Of a DNA stretch of 64,000 nt, positions 1 to 9,710 are shown in pieces; the stretch's first letter is position 1; the number at the start of each line of letters is the position of its first letter. Under the pieces are notes generated by a model, which saw only the letters and a list, made by a program, of their open reading frames with translations, was not told the origin of the DNA and did no database searches. A program made the position numbers and the translations under genes. The stretch comes from Antechinus flavipes (taxonomy: Eukaryota). Location: NCBI RefSeq assembly GCF_016432865.1, contig NC_067400.1:631284001-631348000 (forward strand), given 5' to 3'.

Positions 1-384
1 GTAGAGGAGCTAAAGTGCATCTCAGGAGGAGGGACTGTGTCTCTGTCACCTGTGGAAGTATGAGATAATGCATGTCCCTCATCCACTCATAGAAAATGTC
101 ACCCTCTTAAGTGGATAAAGGAAGCCCAGTTTAGTCTCTGGCTGTTCCTAGCAAGGATCCTGATGATTCTCGCAACAGGATCAAATGAGATCATATTTAC
201 ATGGCTACTGGTACATGGCAGACACACGAAGGAACCAATCCCCAAAGTCTTGCCAATTTCCTCCCTTCTCCTTCCCCTTCTCCTCCTGGAGCCAGGGACA
301 CTGGGCTCTCATAACATTGAGATCCAGGGGCTTCTCTCATCCTGGGAATTTCCTCCCTCCTCCTCTGGGACTCCTGGCTTCCTT

Positions 385-630
385 TGAATCTCAGCTAAAG
401 TCTCACCTTCTAAAAACAAGCTTTCCCTGGTCCTCAAAACTGGTAAAGCCTCCTCATATGAGTACCTCCATCCACATTAAAGAGACATTGTTTTGAGATT
501 TTTAAAAATTGACTGTTAGGTCATGGAGGGCAGGCACTGCTTTATTTTAAACTTTTCTTTGCATCCCCAGCAGGTTGGCACAATGCTTGGCATGGAGGTG
601 CCACATTCTCAGTGCTTATTGACTTGATCT
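385..630 (+). mobile_element. L2 LINE 3' fragments (old)
   Basis: ctcagctaaagtctcaccttc...ctttccctgg and ttggcacaatgcttggcatggagg...agtgcttattgacttga resemble the L2 3' end. Confidence 0.5.
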
Positions 631-831
631 AAGAAATGGCAAAGGAGAGGGACTCAAAGAGCCCTGGGAGCAGCCGTGTGGCCTGAGGGGGGAGGAAATG
701 GGCAGTGCCAGGAGGGTGATTGCTGCCCTGCTGCCAGCCTTGCCAGCCCTCTGACAGGAGGAAGCAGCCTTGGCTCTCTTGGACTCCCCCTGGGCTGATG
801 CTGCTCAGCTTTGGGCAGGGGCCGCACTCAC

Positions 832-864
832 CTGGGACGAGGGTCTCTGGCTGCCAGGGGCCAT
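832..864 (-). CDS. First coding exon (MAPGSQRPSSQ) of a KRAB-ZNF gene that continues off the left edge; whole exon 900-832
   Basis: Reverse complement ATGGCCCCTGGCAGCCAGAGACCCTCGTCCCAG|GTGAGT gives a phase-0 donor. Acceptor ccttctccctcctcag at 901-902. Near-identical to exon 26560-26528, which precedes a KRAB-A exon. Confidence 0.8.
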
Positions 865-1279
865 GTCTTTGGTTCAGGCTTGAGTCCTCTGCCAGCTGGC
901 CTGAGGAGGGAGAAGGACATCAGAGAGGGAGGATGGAGTCTCAGCCTTCTGTGCCCAGGCTGGATACTGATCTGCCCGGAAAGAGAGAGAGCTCTCAGGG
1001 CAGGGAAAGTGGGGAGAGGCTGCTCCCCAGGAGGGCAGCAGGGAGGGTCAGGTCTGGAAACGACCAGGGTCTGAGCAGGAAGAGGATTTGTCTCTCTCCC
1101 AATTCCTGTTCTTTCCCATCGTGCTCTAGCCCAACCTCCTCCGGAGACCAGGGGGCAGAAGGCGCTTTGGGATTCCAGGTGAGATGAGACCAGACAAAGC
1201 CTCAGCTGTCCCTGACCCAGAGCTCTCTTTCCCTCTCATGTTCTGGGTGCCAAAGGAAGATTCGGAAGTTGTGACTTAA

Positions 1280-2420
1280 TGGTAAAGCAGGGGACAGCAC
1301 CGCGGGACCTCTGGGATGTGACGGGGGCTGAGCATGGAGCAGCAGGAGGGGGCAGCCCCAGGAGCCAGGCCCGGGAGGGAGTCTTCCCCGGGAGAGCCGC
1401 CAGACACTGTCCAGGAGGTCAGGGGGGAGGCGGGGTCTCAAGGGAAGCGGGGGCGGGAGGGGTCCTGGCTCAGACCTACCTGGGACTGTACGTGCAGAGC
1501 AGCTGTTGAGAAGGCAGAGAGATCTCGGCTCAGAGAGATGGAGGCAGAGAGATCTCGGCTCAGAGAGATGGAGGCAGAGAGATCCCAGCTCAAAAGGGAA
1601 GAAAGGGACTGACTCGCGAGGGAAGAAGGTGGCGCGATGGCTGGTTTCAGTTCCTGTTTTCAGCCAGCCCTCTCTAGGAGGGGCCTCCTAGTGGCCCCGA
1701 AGAAGGGGCCCCGAAGCTCCACCTGCCCACCCCGGAGATCCCCAGCATGGCCCCTTTTCTCCAATCACACCCAGGACCAGGATCTCAGGCCCCGCCCACC
1801 TCTCCGCCCCAAGCCCTGCCTCCATCACATAGAACGCCTTGGTCACTGCGATGGCCCCTCCTCCCCCTCCTCCTCCCAGGCCTCCAGACTCCACCCCAAG
1901 GTTCCGATTCCATCCGGGCCACACCCACGACTGGTCCCCTCCGAGGGCTTTCTGTTCCCGTTCCTCTCTCCCCGCTGCTTTAGGCCTCAGTCCCTCCCCA
2001 GCAGAAGCAGGCTTTCTTCCCTAACTCCACTTCTTCCTCCCAAGGACGTGCCCCTCCTCCAGCCCTCGCCCCCTCAGGCCTCCCTGTGCCCCCTGCCCCT
2101 GGAGCCCAGCCTTGCGCTTCCGACTTCACTTTCCGGGACCCTGCCAGCATTTGCTCCCCGGCCTGTCTCGCTCCTGCCCTCACCAAGGAGCTTTCCCTCC
2201 ATCTCCCTCTTCCCCAGCTGGAGCACAGCTGGATCCTCCAGGGCAGGCCAGGAAGTCGGGACACCTGGGGCCCGGGGCACACGATCCGGCTCGGGTTATA
2301 AGCCTCCCTTCTCATTTCTCTGAGCCTTGACATCCCCTCCGAGAGCAGGCGCTTGGCTGCTACCTGGCACAACAATTGCAGTGCATCTCCGGGGAGCTCC
2401 CACTTGTTCCCTCTCCACCC
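1280..2420 (-). promoter_or_regulatory. CpG-island promoter and non-coding exon 1 of the left KRAB-ZNF gene (donor CAG|GTAGGT at 1480/1479)
   Basis: GC/CpG-rich in a CpG-poor background. GC boxes, CTCGCGAG at 1613-1620, ETS-like gcttccg at about 2116. Donor conserved with the paralog at 27192/27191. Confidence 0.75.
1513..1592. repeat. 30-bp tandem repeat, about 2.7 copies (ggcagagagatctcggctcagagagatgga), in exon 1
   Basis: Period 30 read directly: (a/g)aggcagaga recurs at 1511, 1541 and 1571. Confidence 0.9.
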
Positions 2421-3269
2421 CTCCAAACCCGGGTCCTAATGGGGAGGGGAGAGGGGCAGAAAGCTGGGCATCCTGGTCCTGGAGCACGGGGATGGCAGGA
2501 AGCTGCCAGAGGCCAGAGGAGATGCAGGGAGCTCAAACCCCACGAGGAGATCCTTAGTGAACCTCCTTTTCTTTTTCTTCTTTCTCTTAACTTTATGTTG
2601 CAAAGAACAGTATTGGACAGGGACCTGCAGGTGCCAGGGCTGGGGAGGGTAACTTTAGGGCATAGACTGGCACACCCCGGAGCGGTACCGGAGCAGAGCA
2701 GGGTTTCCTCTCGGTTCTGCTTAGCCGAGTTGGAGAGAGAGGGAATGTTTGGGAAGCAAATAAAGCCAAAAGAAGCAGTTTACACGTGTATATTTATGTG
2801 TGTATGTCTATGCATCTTTTACGTGTACACATATACAGACACACGCAGCTCAATGGTCTCTTCACCTTGGATTCCACACTTTTTCCAGAAAGATTTGGCT
2901 GCAGAGGCTTCCCCATTTGACCATTTCCCTTTCTCTTAGGGTCTCCAATGCTCTGTTTCAGAAGCCTTTAATTTTAGGTAATCCAGTGGATCCTTTTATC
3001 CTTTGTAATTGTCTGTCTCCAGTTGGGTTAAGATCACATCTCCTTCCAGAGCTGGCAGAGGCTTGAGATTTGTTTCTCTTCTACTTTTTTGATGCCATGA
3101 CCTTTCACACTAAGGTTGCAGATCCATTTTTGGCCAGATAGGTTCTTTTCCCTTTTCTTTGTTCATTCCTGATCTCTTTCAGTAGAGTCCAAGTGCAGGG
3201 TCTGGATTTCCTCCAGCCACTATCTCCATACAAGTGTACCGGGACTGTTCTCTTTAATATTAGAATAAT

Positions 3270-3420
3270 TGCTATGTATAGTATATATAATGTACAGTAT
3301 ATATAACATACATAATATATCCTACATGTTATGTATGTGTATATATATATATATATATATGTATATACATATATAGTATGTTTTTCTATTCTATCTATAT
3401 CTGTATATGTGTGTATATGA
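3270..3420. repeat. (TA)n-rich microsatellite region
   Basis: Pure (TA)n run at 3340-3360 with degenerate TA/TG flanks. Confidence 0.9.
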
Positions 3421-3607
3421 TTTTCAAAGTGTTTTACAGGTATCATCCTACTGGTGTGAGTGGGGCTGCTTATTACAGTTTTATAACTGCACTGTGACTA
3501 GCTAACAGAAGGACTGATGGGGAGAATAAGACCCCAGCAAAAGGGCACATCCCTGCTAGCAGCCCAGTGTCCAGCTGGGCCCAGAAGGGCATCGGCAGGA
3601 TCATCTC

Positions 3608-3799
3608 CAGGGGTCCTCAAACTACGGCCCGCAGGCCGGATGCGGCAGCTGAGGATGTTTATCCCCCTCACCCAGGGCTATGAAGTTTCTTTATTTAAAG
3701 GCCCACAAAACTATACTTTTTTTTTAACTATAATCCAGCCCTCCAACAGTCTGAGGGACAGTGAACTGGCCCCCTATTTAAAAAGCTTGAGGACCCCTG
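3608..3799. mobile_element. Non-autonomous hAT-Charlie MITE, OC1/OposCharlie1-like (192 bp)
   Basis: TIRs: CAGGGGTCCTCAAACT at 3608 and reverse-complement CAGGGGTCCTCAAGCT ending at 3799 (15/16). The 8-bp flanks atcatctc / atcttgac match at only 5/8; the right flank is near the Charlie target NTCTAGAN. Family name from recalled TIR. Confidence 0.8.
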
Positions 3800-5010
3800 A
3801 TCTTGACCCTAATAGAGCAACTGCTCTATTCAATGAAGAGACCAAGCTATAGATGTCAGCCCCCCTCCTTCTCTCCCCCCCAGGTTATTTTGTATGACTT
3901 TCTAAGGCAAGTCACTAGTATAGTTAACATTCCTTGCTTTGATTCCTTAACTGTAAAAGATCCCCCCTTTCCCCCTTGTTAATGGTGAATTGTTAGGGAA
4001 CTTTGCCTTATGGAATTATAATAAAGCTATTCCACTGGAATTGAATGGTTTGAGCCTGGGTATTTTTGACTTCTTGACCACTTCAGGACTACTTCTGTGC
4101 AGGAAAGGGGAGGGGGGGTATCATAGGCATAGGAAACTGCATATAATTTCAGACACTGGAGATGCTAATGTGCTTTGAAATTTGTTTGACTTTCTTCCTC
4201 TTATTTTATTCTAAATGATAAGGAATGGTTTCCTTAGGGTGATAAGGTGGGAAATGCAGGTGATATCAATATCAAAAGATATCAAAATGATTTTTTTAAG
4301 AATAGAGGGGACAAAGAGTCTGTTTGACCCTTTGGGGAGGGGTGACACTCTTGGGAGCCCAGTTGGGTCCCATCCTTCAGCCTGATGCAGTAGGGTTGCT
4401 CAGGCTGCCCTGAGGATTGTAGTTGGGGTGGCTCTGCCTTTCAAATGGTGAGCAGGGGCAGCACACTCTTCCTGGAGAGCCTTCCTTTCCCGAAGTTCCA
4501 GCCTTGGCACTCTGAGTTGGTCTTGGAGAGGAATCCCACCCCCCCAGTTGAACCCTACCTGCTATCCCCATTACCTCTATAGCACTGAGCCATTCCTATC
4601 AAGAGGCGCTGCCAATCAACTCTTTTTTGGCCAAGCCCAGGCTATCATTTTATTGGTGTCAAACTCCAAGAACTCTCACTGGAGCTTCACTTGGAGTCTT
4701 GGAGATTTGCCTTGGGCACTAAGACACTGACTTTGCTGTGCTCAAAAAGCAAGATGTGAGTGAGTGAGGGCTTCCTAGCTGTGAGGCTGGCTGGGTCTCC
4801 ACAAGACCATATGGCATCCTAACTCTTTGGAGGGTGCTCTTGAAACCTCTGGGACACAGGGTCAATTGGGCTCCCTAGTGTTCAGGGCCACAACTCTTTT
4901 CTCTCATTTCATAAGGCAGCCCAGCTTCTCTGGGGAGCATTCCACCTTGGGGAGCTTAGAAGCTGCAAGACCAATCTTGGTCCCTCCCATGGCTTTTCTT
5001 CCTCCTACAG

Positions 5011-5123
5011 CTCTGCCTTCTCAGATCTCTCCCCTTCCCCAACAAAGGACCCTAAAGGAGGAAGAGGCTGAGGAGGAAGAAATGGCTTCTGGAGTCTTGA
5101 CCAGTCACAGTGGGAGGTCAGAG
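5011..5123 (+). pseudogene. Possible relic pre-KRAB exon (...EEEAEEEEMASGVLTSHSGRSE)
   Basis: Acceptor ttttcttcctcctacag ending at 5010, ATG at 5082, phase-0 donor GAG|GTATTT at 5123/5124. Peptide resembles the EEEEMAxGLLTARSQ exon that precedes KRAB-A in many therian ZNF genes. No plus-strand KRAB-A seen downstream. Confidence 0.45.
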
Positions 5124-5315
5124 GTATTTTGGCTTTGACTTTCTCCAGGGGCTACAAGTCTTTTATCTCACTAGGCTTCCCAGTGGCCACCACAGCAGTG
5201 AAGTCTTTGGAGCAACAGGGTCTTTGGAGTTCTTGCCCTAACTGCCCTCCATGCCCTCATCTACTATACAGGGAGTGTGTATCTAAGCTCAGTATCTTCC
5301 TGGGGGTCTTTAAGA

Positions 5316-5530
5316 GGCAGCTAGATGGGGCACTGGGGTAGAGCTTTGGGTCAGGAAGCCCTGGGGTCCAATCCAGCTGAAGAGACATACTATGCAGCTT
5401 TGGGCAGGTTACTTTATCACTGTCTGTCTCAATTTCTTCATCTACAAGAGGAGGATAATGATAGCCCTACCTCCCAGGGTGGGAAGATTCAAGGAGATAT
5501 TTGCAAGTGATTTTTCAAGCTTTAAAACTC
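5316..5530 (+). mobile_element. MIR-type CORE-SINE
   Basis: tRNA-like head (ggcagctagatggggcactgg) plus CORE (tgtctcaatttcttcatctacaag...ataatgatagccctacctccc). Confidence 0.7.
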
Positions 5531-6716
5531 TTCATTGCTTGCTATTTTTCTCAGTGTTCTTCTTGCCATGAGCCCTGATGGTGTGGTAGGAAGTATTGTC
5601 TCCTATTGTCTTTGACTATTTGATTAAAAACCAAGTTTTCTCCTGGCAGTGAGGAGATATGTCACCTCTGCTTTTTGCTCACTGCTTTTCTCTTGGGTCT
5701 CTGCTTTCATTTATGGCAAAAAACATCCAAGTTGATGTAACTGAGTTACAGTCTATCTTTGACTTGCTTCCACTTTTAATGGTTCTTGTCCCTCCAATTT
5801 GCTGTCATCAATAAATTTTAAGCAGATATTTCTTTTCATGGTTAGGAGTCATCTCTCTTTATACAATGACTCCAGCAATGTAACGAGGCAGAGCACAAAA
5901 TCAATTGAAACTAAACAAAGTAATTAAATATTATAATTAAATAAAACAAGCTCGGCAGGGAGGAAGCACTAGGAAATGCACTTCAATCCCTTCCCTATCC
6001 TTGTTACAATGAGTTACAGAACACACACATCATGTCAGATGGGCTTGGCAGATGTATTGCTTAGTTTTGCTAAACTGGCTTTCTTCATTATTAGTTTTAA
6101 GTTAAGTTCTCTGAGTGAGAGATGAGGGAATATGTTGGAAAATGAAGGTAAGTTTTTTAAAGGAAAAAAAAAACCAACAATCTTTTTAGTCCTGTTCTTT
6201 TCAGAACTTTTTCCTTCAAGGCTGTCAAATTTTATTATTATTTTTCACAACTTGTGAAATATAGCCAAGAATGGGAAATAGCATTTTATATGTAGCATCC
6301 CACATTTATGGATCCCAACCCCTGCAAAGATCCAGGAAGAAGAGAGGCTTTCTCATGTCTCTTAATTAGGGCCTGCTTGTTACATTTTTTACAACATTTT
6401 ATTTCATTTGTTTTGTCTTGGTCTATCTCTCTAGTTACATTGTTATAGTCATTATGTATTATTTCTTGGCTCTGCATCAATTCACTGAAATATTTCCATG
6501 CTTCTTTGTATTCATTGTGATCGTTTCTTTAGGAATGGTGATTTTCTGTTACACTCACTTATCACAGCTGATTTAACCATCCCCTGGACAGCTTCATTGT
6601 CTGTTTCTTATTATTTCGTTGCTTCCTGTGAGGTGTCCGAAGCACATAGACCTCCTGTGGGATGGTGAGCCAGAATCAGATATTTGTGATGCTTCAAGAA
6701 TGAGAGACAGGCAGAC

Positions 6717-6866
6717 NNNNNNNNNNNNNNNNNNNNNNNNNNNNNNNNNNNNNNNNNNNNNNNNNNNNNNNNNNNNNNNNNNNNNNNNNNNNNNNNNNNN
6801 NNNNNNNNNNNNNNNNNNNNNNNNNNNNNNNNNNNNNNNNNNNNNNNNNNNNNNNNNNNNNNNNNN
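6717..6866. other. Assembly gap (150 N)
   Basis: Run of N. Confidence 1.
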
Positions 6867-9710
6867 ACAGAAAGCTTGGGACAATCTCCTCTTTGCCCTA
6901 GGAGAAGATCTCAATCTTTAAAAATTATCCAAAAATCAAAAAGACCAACCATAGAGAGCTACTATGGAGATGGGCAATACCAGAACACTTCAAGCCCAGA
7001 AGACAACACTAAAGATAAAATACCTCCAAGTGAAACCTCAAAGTGGGGACACAAACTGGTCTCAAACTTAAAAGGCTCTCTTGAGAGAGTTCAAAAAGGA
7101 TCTTAAAAGAAAAATAGAAATAAAATGGGGAAGGAAATGAGAGCTTTATAGAAAAGTTTGGAAAAGAGGACACAGAAATTGATTAAAGAAAACAACTCCT
7201 TAAAATACATTTGGTGAAATACAAAATAAATCCACAGAAATCATCAGTCTTTTAATATATTACCAACAATGTCCAGCAACAAGAGATATAAAGAGAAATT
7301 CCATTTAAAATAACTGATGATAATGTAAAATATTTGGGAGTCTACCTGTCAAGGCAAAATCAGGAACTATATGAACACAACTATAAAACATTTTCAGATT
7401 TAATCAATTGGAAAAATGTCAAATGCTCATGGGTAGACTGAGCTAATATAATAAAAATGACAATACTACCTAAATTAATCTATTTATTCAGTGCCATGCC
7501 AATTAAACTACCAAGAAATTATTTTACAGATCAAGAAAAAATAATAACAAAGTTCATTTGAAAGAACAAAAGGTCAAGAATCTCAAAGGAATTAATGGAA
7601 AAAATAAATGAAGGTGACTTGGCTTTTTCTGATCTAAAACTATATTATAAAGCAGTGGTCATCAAAACCATTTGGCACTGGGTAAGAAATAGAGTGGAAT
7701 AGATTAGGTTCACAGGACAAAATAGTAAATGATTATAGCAATCTAGGGTTTGACAAATGCAAAGACCCCAGCTTTTGGGATAAGAACTCACTATTTGACA
7801 AAAACTTCTGGGAAAATTGCAAATCATTATGGCAGAAAGTAGGTATTGTCCTACACCTAACACTGTATACCAAGATAAGGTCAAAATGGGTTCATGATCT
7901 ACACATCAGGAGTGATATTATAAGCAAATCAGAAGAAAAAAAGGATAGGTTACCTCTCAGACCTGTAGAGAAGGAAGACATTTGTGGCCAAAGAAGAACT
8001 GAAGTTCATTATTGAACAATTTTTTTTTTTGGTTTTGATTATATTAAGTGTATATATATATATATGTATGTATATAATAGTTTATATATTGAATTTTGAT
8101 TATGTAAAGTAAAAAATTTTTTGTACAAACAAAACTAATACAGATAGGATTGTAAGGGAAGCAATAACCTGGGGAAAATTTTTTACATTCAAGGGTTCTG
8201 ATAAAGGCCTCATTTCTAAAATATATAGAGAATTGACCCAAATTTATAAGAATTCAAGCCATTCTCCTGGTCAAAGGATATGAGCACACAGTTTTGAGAT
8301 GAAGAAATTGAAACCATTTTTAGCCATATGAAAAGGTGCTCTAACTCACTATTGATCAGAGAAATGCAACTTAAGACAACTCTGATATACCAACACACCC
8401 TCTCAGATTGACTAAGGTGACAGGAAAAGATAATGATGAATTTTGGAGGGAATGTGGGAAAATTGGGACACTAATACATTGTTTGTAGAGTTGTGAACTG
8501 AGGGCAATCTGGAGAGCAATTTTACTATGCCCAAAGGCTATCAAACTGTGCATACCCTTTGATCTAGCAGATCTACTAGGTTTATATCCCAAAGAGACCA
8601 TAAAGGAGGGGAAAAGACCCACTTGTGGCAGCCTTTTTTGTAGTGGCAAGAAACTGGAAACTGAGTAGATGCCCATCAGCTGGAGAATGGCTGAACAAGT
8701 TATGGTATATGAATGTTATGGAATATTATTGTTCTATAAGAAATGATCAGCAAGATGATTTCAGAGAGGCCTGGAGAGACTTATATTAACTCATGCTAAA
8801 TGAAAGGAGCAGAAACAGAATATCATTGTATCAGCAACAATAAGATTTTATGATGTTCAATTCCATGGACATGGCTCTTTTCAACAATGAGATGATTGAG
8901 GCCAGTTCCAATAATCTTGTGATGAATAGAGCCATCTACACTCAGAAAGAGGACTGTGGGAACTGAATGTGGACCACAACATAGCATTTTCACTCTTTTT
9001 GTTGTTTGCATTTTGTTTTCTTTCTCATTTTTCCCCCTTTTGGTCTGATTTTTCTTGTGTAGCAAGATGATTGTATAAATATATTGGCTTTAACATATTT
9101 TAACATGTTTTACATATATTGGATTGCTTGCCATCTAGTGGAGGGGGTAGGCAGGAAGGGAGAAAATTTGAAATACAGAGTTTTGTAAGAGTTCATGTTG
9201 AAAAATTATCTGTAATATTCTTCTCTAAAGAATTCTTCTCTAAAGTATAATGTTCTCTGGGAGCAGGTTTCTTGAGGGATTTATGCAGGCAGCCAGTAAT
9301 CATCACAAGTGCAGCCAGATATTAAAAGTCCAAATCCTTTATTATCTCCTTTCTTGGGTCCAGTTAGCTTTCTTTGAGGCCTCTCTCCTTGGTTCCAAAA
9401 GCTTAAGCTGCCTTCTCTGGCTTGTGAATCTCCTTGATTGAATCCTGGCTGAGGTGCAGAGCTTTTAGTGGGCTTGTCCTTCCGTGGGCTTGTCCTTTTA
9501 GCCCTGAAAGCTTCTTGCTTATATGCTGTACACTGAATAAACACCAATCATTATATCACTAGGAAACCATTATTTGTTGTAGAATTAAATCAGTGCTAAA
9601 CTAGATTTAACTATTGTCTCCTCAATTCCACTTACTTAGCAACTTGTAAGTATCCTAACAATTATCCAGGAATATGTTTTGAAAATAAAAAGCTTTAATA
9701 AAAATATATT
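6867..9710 (+). mobile_element. Degenerate L1 (ORF1 fragment, 3' part of ORF2, 3' UTR), interrupted by an LTR at 9211-9660
   Basis: ORF1-like K-rich coiled-coil DNA at about 6900-7230. ORF2 C-terminal sequence (aaatgctcatgggtag, agaaatgcaacttaagacaactctg). Marsupial L1 3' UTR ending gttgaaaaattatc[LTR]...aataaaaagc. Confidence 0.85.
9211..9660 (-). mobile_element. Solo LTR, ERV2-type (450 bp)
   Basis: TG...CA ends and perfect 6-bp TSD ATTATC (9205-9210 / 9661-9666). Minus-strand CATATAA and AATAAA. Homologous to the LTRs at 29430, 33832, 40599 and 43663. Confidence 0.9.

Noticed and set aside
1513-1592. 30-bp repeats (also 29639-29714) as CRISPR-like arrays
   Set aside because: They are head-to-tail with no unique spacers, there are no cas genes, and the context is mammalian
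1637-2323. 228-aa Pro/Ser-rich ORF (and the 243-aa ORF at 27678-28409)
   Set aside because: GC-rich promoter DNA is stop-poor, and these frames are not conserved between the two paralogous promoters
2840-3240. Possible ERV gag matrix remnant on the minus strand (frameshifted WPKNGS-like)
   Set aside because: Similarity is too weak to support without a profile search
3860-4170. LTR-like segment with AATAAA near 4020
   Set aside because: No defined TG...CA ends or TSD could be established
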